Below, piece after piece: positions 48,647 to 57,454 of a DNA stretch of 64,000 nt (positions are counted from its first letter, which is position 1; every line of letters begins with the position of its first letter). The DNA comes from Gemmatimonadota bacterium (GTDB lineage Bacteria; Gemmatimonadota; Gemmatimonadetes; Gemmatimonadales; Gemmatimonadaceae), in NCBI GenBank assembly GCA_040389905.1, contig JAZJZK010000007.1:1-64000 (forward strand), written 5' to 3'. A model generated the notes under the pieces. It saw only the letters and a list, made by a program, of their open reading frames with translations, was not told the DNA's origin and ran no database searches. Both the position numbers and the translations under genes were made by a program.

Positions 48647-49212
48647 ACGAGGAAACACGGACGCGTTTTCTCGCGTCGATCGCGAAGCAGGTGCCCGCCG
48701 AGCGCGTCGCCGAGGTCCATGTCTTCGCGGGGATTCGCCAAGGTGGCGTCGAGAGTGGCGTCGCAGTCATCGCCGTCGAGAAACCGCTGCCGCTCGTGAC
48801 CGAAGTCGCCGAGGCGGCGTCGATCGAGACAACCGAAGCCGTCGTCGTTAGCGATCAACTCGCGGACGAATCAGCGTTCGTTGCCGATGAGGTGGTCGCG
48901 ACGGAGGATTCGCCGTACGCCGACGTTTCTGAGATCGTCCAGGAACTTGCAGTCGACGTGCCGGCGGCGGCGGAAGCCCCACCTGAACCACCACTCTCGC
49001 GCTACACGATCTTCTCAGCGCGCTATCGCCACACGCTCAAGGGTCTCGACCGTGGCAAATGGGAAGTATCGGTGACCGAGGAGGCCGATGCACCGCTCCT
49101 CACCGTCGAAGCCGTGGTTCGGGGTGTGCAGCGCCGTTCCGGTGATGTCGAAGAGGCGTCGCGCCTCAGCGGCGACGAGTTCCGCGCGCTGCTTCCGATA
49201 CCGGTTTCCTAG
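48643..49212 (+). CDS. Hypothetical protein with an acidic low-complexity central insert
   Basis: ATGA-coupled to the previous gene; typical codon usage. Confidence 0.6.
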   Translation: MNEETRTRFLASIAKQVPAERVAEVHVFAGIRQGGVESGVAVIAVEKPLPLVTEVAEAASIETTEAVVVSDQLADESAFVADEVVATEDSPYADVSEIVQELAVDVPAAAEAPPEPPLSRYTIFSARYRHTLKGLDRGKWEVSVTEEADAPLLTVEAVVRGVQRRSGDVEEASRLSGDEFRALLPIPVS

Positions 49213-49260
49213 CCAGCATCCTGCACGAGCCCGCACCGCCGGCCCAGTGAACGCGGATTG

Positions 49261-50541
49261 CTACGGCCGCTTCTTGAACACCACCAGCCCGGCAATGCCG
49301 TTGTAGTTGCCTTTGAGCGAGTCACCGACCTGCGTTCCGACGAAACGCACGAACGTCGAATGCACGTCCGAGTTGTTCGTGAACTGCAGTTCGATGCGGT
49401 CGCCGTCGCGTGCACCGGCAAGCCCATCGCGCGTCGCAACCTTTCGATCCTTCTGGTACCAACCGCTCAGCGACGCCGACGTTCCCGGCGTCTCGACGAA
49501 CAGCTTCAAGACGTCGACGTATGGTCGACCGCCGGTCGTTACCGGACTCTGCACGATTTCGTATTCGCCCTCGAACTTGGGCTCCTTGATGGGCTGCGTC
49601 ACATCCAGCAAGCGGGAATCGATAACCACAATCGACCCGAAGAGGCCGATGCCGCCCGAGAGATTGTTGATGATGCCGGATCCCGTGAATGGGTCGTTGC
49701 GCGACCGGTAGTAGTCGAAATAATTCGTATCGGCCGCGAAGATCGTCGAGACCTGTTGAAAGCCGGGGATGAAAAGACGCTGAAAGTCGTCCGCAAAGAA
49801 ATTGCGAAAGCTGCCGGCAATCGAGAGCTTGGTCGAATCGCTGAATAACAGCAGCGCCCCAAATGGCGATTCAACACGTACGCCGAACGACCGCGCGCCC
49901 GTGACAGGCGCCCAGTTGATTTTCAGTGTGTCCTTGGATCGGTCGAACAGAACCGTCGGCGTCGTGATCATCGGAGGCGCGCTCGGCACGACCGTCTTGC
50001 CGGTGACGATCACGCCATCCGGCGTTTTTACGGTGAGGGTGTAGGTTGCGCCCGGCCGAATCGGTGCCTTGAAGACGTTCGGCTCCGGTAAGCCGGCAAG
50101 CACTTCGTATCGCCCGGTTCCATAGCCAGCGGCCTTGCCGGTAAACGTGCGCTCTTTTCCGATGAGCACACCATCAGGGCCGGTGATCGTGACCTGAGCG
50201 TTCGCAATGGGGAGGCCACCAGCGGTATTCACCGGGTCCAGCACGTCGAACCGCTGGTTGTCGTTGATGAACACAGTGCCCGTCAACGTCTTCTCGACGA
50301 GCACGATCTGCATCGTCGCGCTCGGGTCGAGCACTGCGTGCACGACAACTTGAGGAGTTGAATACGCGATCGTTTCCTGATCGAACGCACACGCCGATAC
50401 GGAAAGCGCCGCAACGATCGTCACACCGAGCGTTCTAAACGAGGCCTTTGTCACCCCGAGCGAGCGCAGCAGCCTGCCCTCGAGGAGTGCCAGCGACGCA
50501 GGGAGGGGTCTGCACCTCACGCCCTTGCGGTTGTGGCTCAT
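49261..50541 (-). CDS. DUF4249-like lipoprotein, partner of the TonB receptor (alternative GTG start at 50454)
   Basis: Lipobox-like VSAC; VVVHAVLDP; NNLSGGIGLFGS. Confidence 0.7.
   Translation of the reverse strand: MSHNRKGVRCRPLPASLALLEGRLLRSLGVTKASFRTLGVTIVAALSVSACAFDQETIAYSTPQVVVHAVLDPSATMQIVLVEKTLTGTVFINDNQRFDVLDPVNTAGGLPIANAQVTITGPDGVLIGKERTFTGKAAGYGTGRYEVLAGLPEPNVFKAPIRPGATYTLTVKTPDGVIVTGKTVVPSAPPMITTPTVLFDRSKDTLKINWAPVTGARSFGVRVESPFGALLLFSDSTKLSIAGSFRNFFADDFQRLFIPGFQQVSTIFAADTNYFDYYRSRNDPFTGSGIINNLSGGIGLFGSIVVIDSRLLDVTQPIKEPKFEGEYEIVQSPVTTGGRPYVDVLKLFVETPGTSASLSGWYQKDRKVATRDGLAGARDGDRIELQFTNNSDVHSTFVRFVGTQVGDSLKGNYNGIAGLVVFKKRP
50449..50515. repeat. CGTC/TGTC-type REP-like repeat at or inside the lipoprotein 5' end
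   Basis: TGTCACCCCGAGCGA...GAGGGGTCTGCAC. Confidence 0.7.
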
Positions 50542-52877
50542 CAGAAATTCACCGTCAAGCCGATGCTCGGAAGAAACGGAAACTGCGACGCGGCCTCGCG
50601 TGTCGGCGGATTGCGAGTGTAGTCGAACGAATAGATGAACACGTTCTTCGCGTTGTACGCGTTGACGATGCTGACGTACGGCGTGAGCCCGAGTCCGTGC
50701 CAGCGTGACACGCGCGAGAGCCCGAGGTCGAGCCGCTGGAAGAACGGATAGCGCGACCCATTGCGTGTCCCGCCGACCGGTTCGAGCTCGTCGCCGCTTT
50801 GGGCGTCGAAGACATGCGTCCGCGGATTGTAGCCGTGCCGCACGAGCTGGCCGACGATGTCCGTATACGGTGTACCAGTCGCCAGGCCGAGCCGCGCCGA
50901 AAAGATGTAATGCTCTCCGGGCCGGTACGACGCCACGACGTTCAGGTTGTGACGGCGGTCGTGGCCGGGCCAGTACGCTAACGTGTCGCGCGTCCGTGAG
51001 CTGACACCGTATGTGTACGACAGCCACCCGCCGAATGGACCGATTTCGAGCTGGCGGAACAAGAGGTCATACCCATACGACGTACCTTTCGAGACGAGGA
51101 ATTCATCACCACGAAACGCAGGATCGTCCGCCGTATTCTGCTCGAGGAGATTGCGGTACTGCTTGGCCCACGCCTCGAGCCGCACAAAGCGGAGAGGGCC
51201 CAGCCATCGCTCCATGCCGAGCACGTAGTGCCGCGCGCGGGAGACATCGGTGTAGGGATCGGCCGCCACCCAGAAGTCGAAGATGCGAATCGGGATGTCT
51301 TCGCGGTTGAGCGAGTGCAGCCACTGTGCGTAGTCACCAACCGCAGCCGTGACCGCGAGATCCGGTGTCACGAAGTACTTCACCGCGAGTCGGGGAGACA
51401 ACTCCGTCCACTGACGACCTGTCAGGTGCTCGAGGCGCATTCCCGCCTCGGCGATCAGTTTCTTCGTCGGCTTCCAGCGCTCCTGGTAAAAGAGCGCAGT
51501 CGCCGTCGGTCGCTGCGACAACTCGAAGAGCGCAAAGGGCGACGCATCCGAGTGAACGTCGTAGTGCACGGAATAGCTCGACAGCTCATAGCCGAGCTTT
51601 CGCTCGTGTGCTGCGCGGTTCCACTGGATGTTGCCCGAGAGGCGCAGCTCCTTGACCTCGTTGTTCAGCGTCAGCGCGCCGCTGCCGAGGTCGAGTCCCG
51701 TTTCGAAGCGTGTGTATGACGCGCTCTGTTCGACGGAGACACTGTCGGCGAGACCCACCAATGGCAGTGCCACGCCGTCGCGCCAGATGTTGTGCAGTCG
51801 CGCGCCTGCCAATTGGTTCGACCATCCAAACTTGAAAGAACCAACGCCGCCGCCGTTCGTCGCCGAATCAGTAAACAGCGAGAGGTCCGCGTCGAGAATG
51901 TCCTTGCCCGAGTACCCAGTGACCTCGAGCTTCATCTCGCCGTTGCCTAACGCTTTCACGCCGTGGAACTGTCCGTCCGAGAAATGATACGGGAAGGTCT
52001 TGTCGCTGATCGCGGCGATCAGCTTGTCGGCATACGTGCGACGACCCGAGATGGTCCAGCTGGAGCGCCCGTCCTGCGTCGCGGAGCCGACGGACAGGCT
52101 CGAGCTGATCGCGGAAACACCGAGCGTGCCGTGCAGTCCGGTTTTGTCGGGATTCGCTGACGTCACATCGAGCACGCTCGAGAGACGGCCACCGTACTCC
52201 GCACCGAATCCGCCCGTCAGGAGGTCGATCGACCCAACGGTTTCGTCGAGGAACGTGCTGAACAACCCGCCGAGGTGAAACGGGTTGTAGATCGGGTAGC
52301 CGTCGAGCAGGATGAGATTCTGGTCGGCCTCGCCGCCGCGCACGTTGAAGCCCGACGAGAAGTCATTCCGGGCATTGACGCCGGGCATGAGTTGCACGGC
52401 GCGCATGACGTCGGGCTCGCCGAATTGCGGAACCGCCTTGACCGAGCTTGCCGTGAGCTTGATCGAGCCGACGCTGGGGCTCATCTCGAAGGCTTCTCGC
52501 TCCGGCGACTTTGCAATCGCGCGCACGGCGGCCAGTGTCACTGCGGAATTCGCGACGCGCAACGTCAACGTGACGATCTCACCCGCGCGGACGACGACTT
52601 GCTGCTCGAGGCCGCGCGTGCTGATCTGCCGCGTGCGTAGGGTGTAGGTGCCCGGCACGATATCAGTGAGCGCGAAGCGGCCCGCGTCATCGGAAAGCAC
52701 GCCGCGTCCCGTTCCGTCGAGCAGCACCGCGACGCCGACGCGCGGCTTGCCCGTGGCGCTATCGACGACGCTCCCGACGATATTGCCGCGACCGGGTGCC
52801 TGCGCGGTCGCTCTCTGGACGCCGAGCGCCGCGCAGAGGGCGAGACTGAGAAATGTGTAGATGGCGCGACGAAGCAT
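50541..52877 (-). CDS. TonB-dependent receptor with N-terminal carboxypeptidase-regulatory-like domain
   Basis: Signal peptide; plug VRGGEADQNLILLDGYPIYNPFH, GGFGAEYGGRLSSV; DRRH; C-terminal F. Confidence 0.92.
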   Translation of the reverse strand: MLRRAIYTFLSLALCAALGVQRATAQAPGRGNIVGSVVDSATGKPRVGVAVLLDGTGRGVLSDDAGRFALTDIVPGTYTLRTRQISTRGLEQQVVVRAGEIVTLTLRVANSAVTLAAVRAIAKSPEREAFEMSPSVGSIKLTASSVKAVPQFGEPDVMRAVQLMPGVNARNDFSSGFNVRGGEADQNLILLDGYPIYNPFHLGGLFSTFLDETVGSIDLLTGGFGAEYGGRLSSVLDVTSANPDKTGLHGTLGVSAISSSLSVGSATQDGRSSWTISGRRTYADKLIAAISDKTFPYHFSDGQFHGVKALGNGEMKLEVTGYSGKDILDADLSLFTDSATNGGGVGSFKFGWSNQLAGARLHNIWRDGVALPLVGLADSVSVEQSASYTRFETGLDLGSGALTLNNEVKELRLSGNIQWNRAAHERKLGYELSSYSVHYDVHSDASPFALFELSQRPTATALFYQERWKPTKKLIAEAGMRLEHLTGRQWTELSPRLAVKYFVTPDLAVTAAVGDYAQWLHSLNREDIPIRIFDFWVAADPYTDVSRARHYVLGMERWLGPLRFVRLEAWAKQYRNLLEQNTADDPAFRGDEFLVSKGTSYGYDLLFRQLEIGPFGGWLSYTYGVSSRTRDTLAYWPGHDRRHNLNVVASYRPGEHYIFSARLGLATGTPYTDIVGQLVRHGYNPRTHVFDAQSGDELEPVGGTRNGSRYPFFQRLDLGLSRVSRWHGLGLTPYVSIVNAYNAKNVFIYSFDYTRNPPTREAASQFPFLPSIGLTVNF

Positions 52878-52949
52878 TTCGCGGAGGCGGGAGTGGCGCA
52901 CACGTGCCACGAATGCAGAAGATACAGGCGGGACCGACTCTTGTTCCGC

Positions 52950-53215
52950 CTGACATACGTACTCGGTACCCAGCACAACCCATGACGTACGAAGTACTCT
53001 GACCCTGTACCGGGACTGGCATCCAGGCCAAGGAGAGCCATCGAGACAGGTGGATCGCATCGACCCAACGCCAAACGCCGTCCGCAGTTGCGAACGGCGT
53101 TATCCGGAATGCCACTTTCTGATGGCTCTTCTTGGCTCGTATGCCAGTCAGGGTACCAGAGCCCGGGTACTTCGTACGTCTGTGTTTGTACTCGGTACTT
53201 TCGTACGTCAGTCAG
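52950..53215. repeat. ~266-bp long imperfect inverted-repeat (fold-back) element, copy 2
   Basis: Same architecture and + strand orientation as 7401-7668; right arms share GATGGCTCTTCTTGGC..GTATGCCAGTCAGGGTACCAGAGCCCG. Confidence 0.85.
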
Positions 53216-53588
53216 CCCCTGCCAACCACTCCCCCACCATTCGGACCAGGTCCCGCGAAGGCACTGGTTTGAGCAGCATCGCCACGCACCCCGCTTCCTT
53301 GCAGCGCAGCGCCGTTTCTGGCTCGTCGCGCCCCGTCAGCGCCACGCACACGCGCGGCATCGCACCCTCGGCGCGCAGCGTCGCGAGCACGTCGAAGCCA
53401 TCGCCACCGGAGAGGCCGAGATCCAACAGGAGAAGATCAACCGGGTCCGACGTCGCGATGTCGATGATTTCCGCGATATGACCTGCCGTCGAGACGCGAT
53501 ACCCTGACGCATCGAACAGCACCCGCATGGCATCGCAGACGAGCTGGTTGTCCTCGGCGACGAGCAGGTGCGGTCGCGGCGCGGTCAC
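53208..53588 (-). CDS. Single-domain response regulator (CheY-like receiver)
   Basis: LLVAEDN, LLLLDLGL, VALTG, LLKPV; GTG overlaps the kinase stop. Confidence 0.9.
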   Translation of the reverse strand: MTAPRPHLLVAEDNQLVCDAMRVLFDASGYRVSTAGHIAEIIDIATSDPVDLLLLDLGLSGGDGFDVLATLRAEGAMPRVCVALTGRDEPETALRCKEAGCVAMLLKPVPSRDLVRMVGEWLAGAD

Positions 53589-54367
53589 TTCGACGGGTAC
53601 GGAATCGCGAAGAAGAAGCGACTGCCCGCGCCAAGCTCGCTCTCGAGCCAGATGCGCCCTCCGTGCAGCTCGACGAGCTTGCGGGCGATCGTGAGGCCCA
53701 GCCCCGTTCCGTGGTGCTGGCGAGAGGCGCTTGCGTCCACCTGCGCGAATTCGCGGAACACCAGTTCGTGATGCTCCGAGTCGATGCCGATGCCGGTGTC
53801 GCCAACCTCGACGACGCACTCGGCGCCGTTCGGGCCGCAGGCGCACTTCGCGCTCACCCACACGCGGCCACCCTGGGGCGTGAAGTCGATGGCGTTGCCG
53901 AGCAGGTTGCCGATGATGTGGGCGACCTTTTCGCGATCCGCCGTGAGGAGTGGGAGGTCGTCGGATACGTCGCTAATGAGCTCGAGCCCCTTCTTGCTCA
54001 CCAGTGATTCATTGAGGGCGCGGAGCTGTGTGACGACGTCGCTCAACTTGAATTCGCTTCCCGTAATCGACAGCTGGTTTGCGGCACCCCGGGCGTACGT
54101 CAGGATCTCGCCCACCTGTTCGAGGAGCTGTCGCCCGCCGTTGATGATGCCCGCAATGCTTTCGAGCTGTCGTTCGGTCAGTGTCCCGAGAATTCCGTCG
54201 CGCAGGATTTCGGCGTGCGTGATCACCGCCGTCAACGGTGTGCGCAGGTCGTGTGAGATGTTGGCGAGAAACTGCGTTTTTAGGGAATCACCTGCTTCGA
54301 GCTCCGCAATCCGTTCGCGCGCCTGTTCGAGCTGGGCTTCAACTGATCCCGGAGCGACGGAGTGCAT
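53585..54367 (-). CDS. Sensor-less histidine kinase (start 54367 or 54403)
   Basis: FLANISHDLRTPL, NLLGNAIDFT, DTGIGI, GTGLGL; only a short coiled coil at the N-terminus. Confidence 0.9.
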   Translation of the reverse strand: MHSVAPGSVEAQLEQARERIAELEAGDSLKTQFLANISHDLRTPLTAVITHAEILRDGILGTLTERQLESIAGIINGGRQLLEQVGEILTYARGAANQLSITGSEFKLSDVVTQLRALNESLVSKKGLELISDVSDDLPLLTADREKVAHIIGNLLGNAIDFTPQGGRVWVSAKCACGPNGAECVVEVGDTGIGIDSEHHELVFREFAQVDASASRQHHGTGLGLTIARKLVELHGGRIWLESELGAGSRFFFAIPYPSK

Positions 54368-54570
54368 GAGGGCAGAATGTGATAGTGATTCGATTCGCGG
54401 CATCGCGGAAACCTAACTGTACGTTGCACCAGGCTGATAGGTCGCAGCATTGTCGCCGGACCGGGATAACAATCAAACGTCCTCGGTGCCGTTCTCGTTC
54501 GGTATTGTGCGATCGTATGCCTTGACATGCGGCGCTACCGTACACAGCTATTCGCGGACAGTCGAGTCGG

Positions 54571-54587
54571 CTGGCAGGTTTCTTGCT
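54571..54587 (+). promoter_or_regulatory. sigma54 (-24/-12) promoter
   Basis: CTGGCAGGTTTCTTGCT: GG-N10-GC with TTGC. Confidence 0.7.
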
Positions 54588-54678
54588 ACTTCCTGAATGG
54601 TTAGAAATGAGTTAAGTTGTTGTAGCACAGCAATTTCGCTCGCTAAGAGCTCCGCACTAAAATCTTTGGAGGTCGTTC

Positions 54679-55530
54679 ATGGGGATTCATTTTCGCAGGC
54701 TCCGTGCACCGCTAGCGCTGACGGTCGCGCTACTGGCTGGTGCGTGCTCCGCGTCGGATAAGGCGAAGGACACCGCACTTGCCGTTGACACCGCGCTGAA
54801 CAAGGATCTCGCATTGGCCGGTCGCGACACGTCCGCTCAGCCTGCCTTGAATGACGTGGCCTCCACGCCGACGGCCACGAAGCCTGCGGCCAAGCCCGCC
54901 GCGCCGAAAGCGACACCGAAGCCGCCAGCCGCCACGACGACCGCGTCGGGCAACACGGTGACGAAGAACCCGTCGGGCTCAGCGAGCTCGAGCGCCGGTG
55001 GGGCCGTTGGGACAATCGCCTCGGGTACATCGCTCGCGCTCCATTCCAACGCCCGCGTCTGTACGAACACGCACACGGTCGGCCAGACCTTCTCCGCCAC
55101 ACTTGCCGACGCCGTGAGCGGCTCGAACGGCGCGTCCATTCCAGCGGGCGCCACGGTCAATCTCGAGATCACGAATCTCAAGCGGAGCGAGAACGCCACG
55201 GACAAGATCATCATGGAGTTCGCCGTCAAGTCGGTGAGCTTTGGCGGGCGCACGTATCCGGTCAGCGCCACCGTGGCCGATGCCCAGGTTGACAAGGTTC
55301 GCAACCAGCCGAAGAGCAAGGACGTCCAGAAAGTCGTGGGCGGCGCGGTCCTCGGAGCGATCGCGGGCCAGATCATCGGCAAGAACACCAAGGGAACGGT
55401 GATTGGTGCGGCAGCCGGTGCCGCCGCTGGAGCAGGCGTCGCGGCGGGTACGGCCAACTACGAGGGCTGTGTGCCGGACGGTGGAAACATCACGGTGTCC
55501 CTCACCGGGCCCCTCCAGATCAAAGTCTGA
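54679..55530 (+). CDS. Lipoprotein with Pro/Ala-rich linker and C-terminal glycine zipper
   Basis: Lipobox LAGAC; GGAVLGAIAGQIIG...GAAAGAAAG; SD GGAGG upstream. Confidence 0.8.
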   Translation: MGIHFRRLRAPLALTVALLAGACSASDKAKDTALAVDTALNKDLALAGRDTSAQPALNDVASTPTATKPAAKPAAPKATPKPPAATTTASGNTVTKNPSGSASSSAGGAVGTIASGTSLALHSNARVCTNTHTVGQTFSATLADAVSGSNGASIPAGATVNLEITNLKRSENATDKIIMEFAVKSVSFGGRTYPVSATVADAQVDKVRNQPKSKDVQKVVGGAVLGAIAGQIIGKNTKGTVIGAAAGAAAGAGVAAGTANYEGCVPDGGNITVSLTGPLQIKV

Positions 55531-55550
55531 TTCCTTTCGGAGGAAGCACG

Positions 55551-55579
55551 GGGGCCGGCGAGCAATCGCCGGCCCTTTC
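55551..55579 (+). terminator. Rho-independent terminator
   Basis: GGGCCGGCGA-gcaa-TCGCCGGCCC followed by TTT. Confidence 0.75.
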
Positions 55580-55742
55580 GCTTTCCAACGGTTAGCCGTC
55601 CTCAGGTGCATAGAGAGTGGAGCCGAACGCCCACCAGCGCGCCGTCTCAATACCACCAGAGCCTGATCGTCCAACCCCGGTCACGGGAGCGGGCGCTCAC
55701 GAGAGGATTGATCAAACGTCTGCACTCGCGTTTCTTGAACCG

Positions 55743-56339
55743 GTGATCGAACCCACCGAAACAGACTCGTCCCGAGCTGACGAGCGCCTCGCTGCGCGCC
55801 TTCGCGATTCCGCGCTCGTCGCGCGCGTGCGTGGCGGCGACCGGTCCGCGTTCGACGGGCTGGTCCACGCGTACATGCGCCAGGCGTTCCAGCTGGCGTA
55901 TCGCGTCGTGGGGCACCGGGAGGACGCCGAAGATCTCGTTCAGGAGGCGTTTCTCGCGGCGTATCAGTATCTGGACACGTACGACGCGGCGCGACCGTTT
56001 GGGCCGTGGCTCATGCGAATCGTTCTCAATCGCGGCGCGAACCTGCGCCGGTCGAGAAAGCGCCGCGAGACGGAGCCGGAGGTCGACGTCGTCAGCTCGG
56101 CGCCGACGCCGCTCGATGAAAGTGAACGGAGTGAGGCGCGCGTCGTTCTCACGCAGGCGTTGGCGGGGTTGTCGGAACGGCAGCGGATGATCGTCACGCT
56201 CTTCGACGTTGATGGCCAGACGAGCACGGAAATCGGCGAGATGCTGGAACTCTCGCCTGGTACGGTACGGTGGCATCTTCACGAGGCGCGGCGCACATTA
56301 CGCGACGCGCTCTCCCGATTCTACAAGGGCGATGTATGA
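55743..56339 (+). CDS. ECF (RpoE-family) sigma-70 factor; start uncertain
   Basis: GDRSAF, DAEDLVQEAF, WLMRI..N, region 4 EIGEML..SPGTVRWHLHEAR. Confidence 0.92.
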   Translation: MIEPTETDSSRADERLAARLRDSALVARVRGGDRSAFDGLVHAYMRQAFQLAYRVVGHREDAEDLVQEAFLAAYQYLDTYDAARPFGPWLMRIVLNRGANLRRSRKRRETEPEVDVVSSAPTPLDESERSEARVVLTQALAGLSERQRMIVTLFDVDGQTSTEIGEMLELSPGTVRWHLHEARRTLRDALSRFYKGDV

Positions 56340-56755
56340 CTGATTCACGTAGGACACTAGGCGAAGGCGCGTTCGGACCCGAGCCGTCGCGCGATGTCAA
56401 ACTCGGCGCGCTCCTGCGCGAGATCGAGGGCGTCACGCCCGACGCGTCGGTCGACTGGGCAGCGCTCGCGAGTCGCATCGCGGATGGCGTCGCGGCGCAG
56501 GCATCATCGTCGTCGTGGTGGGACTACGCCACGCGGTGGGAGCGGCGGGTCGTCCCTCTTGCCCTCGCCGCAGGGCTTGCGGCGTCGTTCGCGTTGTGGA
56601 ACGCCTCGCTGGCGGCTCCCAGCGGCGTGCAGTTCGTGACATCGTCGTCGATCTCGACCGCAGTGGCTGACGGTGCGCCGCCGGAGGATGCGGCCGCGAC
56701 CTTTGCGACGGCCATCACGAACGCCGTCGATCCGATGATTGGAGTACCGGAATGA
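56336..56755 (+). CDS. Putative single-TM anti-sigma factor
   Basis: ATGA-coupled to the sigma gene; central TM VVPLALAAGLAASFALW. Confidence 0.6.
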   Translation: MTDSRRTLGEGAFGPEPSRDVKLGALLREIEGVTPDASVDWAALASRIADGVAAQASSSSWWDYATRWERRVVPLALAAGLAASFALWNASLAAPSGVQFVTSSSISTAVADGAPPEDAAATFATAITNAVDPMIGVPE

Positions 56756-57201
56756 CCAGTCGCATGCGGGCGGGTGGTGTGCTCGCGCTCATCGCTGTCT
56801 GTAGCGCGCTGGCCGGCGCCGCACTCGATCGTGTCGCCGTGCAGCGCATGGGTCGTCATCGCGGTGGCGGACAACCGGTTGCGCCTGGAGGGCCGGGGGG
56901 CCGCGATCGTTTTTCGCCGGAAGCCGACGCGAAGCGCCGCGGCGAAATGCTCGATCGCATGACGACGAGCCTCGATCTCACCGCGGCCCAGCGCGGAGGT
57001 CTCGACTCCGTCATGAAGCACACGGATTCATCCTTGCGCGCGATTCGCCTCGAGATGCAGCCAAAGATTCGCGCGGTATTCGATTCTTCTCGCGTCGCGA
57101 TGCTCGCGCGCCTCGATCAGCAGCAGCGGGCGAAGTTCGAGGCGAGCAGGTCCGAGCGCGGCGGAGGCGCTGACGGCGGTGGCGGGAAGCGGCGGCCGTA
57201 A
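56752..57201 (+). CDS. Membrane-anchored periplasmic helical protein (Spy/CpxP/heavy-metal-sensor-like)
   Basis: N-terminal TM; LDLTAAQ and LDQQQ resemble LTxxQ motifs. Confidence 0.6.
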   Translation: MTSRMRAGGVLALIAVCSALAGAALDRVAVQRMGRHRGGGQPVAPGGPGGRDRFSPEADAKRRGEMLDRMTTSLDLTAAQRGGLDSVMKHTDSSLRAIRLEMQPKIRAVFDSSRVAMLARLDQQQRAKFEASRSERGGGADGGGGKRRP

Positions 57202-57226
57202 GCCGCTCCCCGTATCAGCAAGGTTC

Positions 57227-57263
57227 GTCGAGGGATCTGCACGTCGAGTGTGGGTCCCTCGAC
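57227..57263. repeat. Truncated REP-like hairpin
   Basis: GTCGAGGGATCTGCAC-gtcga-GTGTGGGTCCCTCGAC. Confidence 0.55.
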
Positions 57264-57390
57264 TGCTATGAGCGCGCACACCGTCCGTTTACGCAACACT
57301 ATGTGCGGCCATTCCGCGACAGCTCGGCCCGCCTCAAATTCCGGGAATTTCGTAAGTCACTGCGAGTAAACGACTTGCTGGTAAACAAAC

Positions 57391-57407
57391 GGGGACATCG
57401 AATTGCT
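57391..57407 (+). promoter_or_regulatory. Putative sigma54 promoter of the PEP-CTERM gene
   Basis: GGGGACATCGAATTGCT: GG-N10-GC with TTGC; palindromes lie upstream. Confidence 0.5.
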
Positions 57408-57454
57408 TTGCACTGTCGCGGTGCACTTTCCCACACTCCGACACAAAGACTTCG

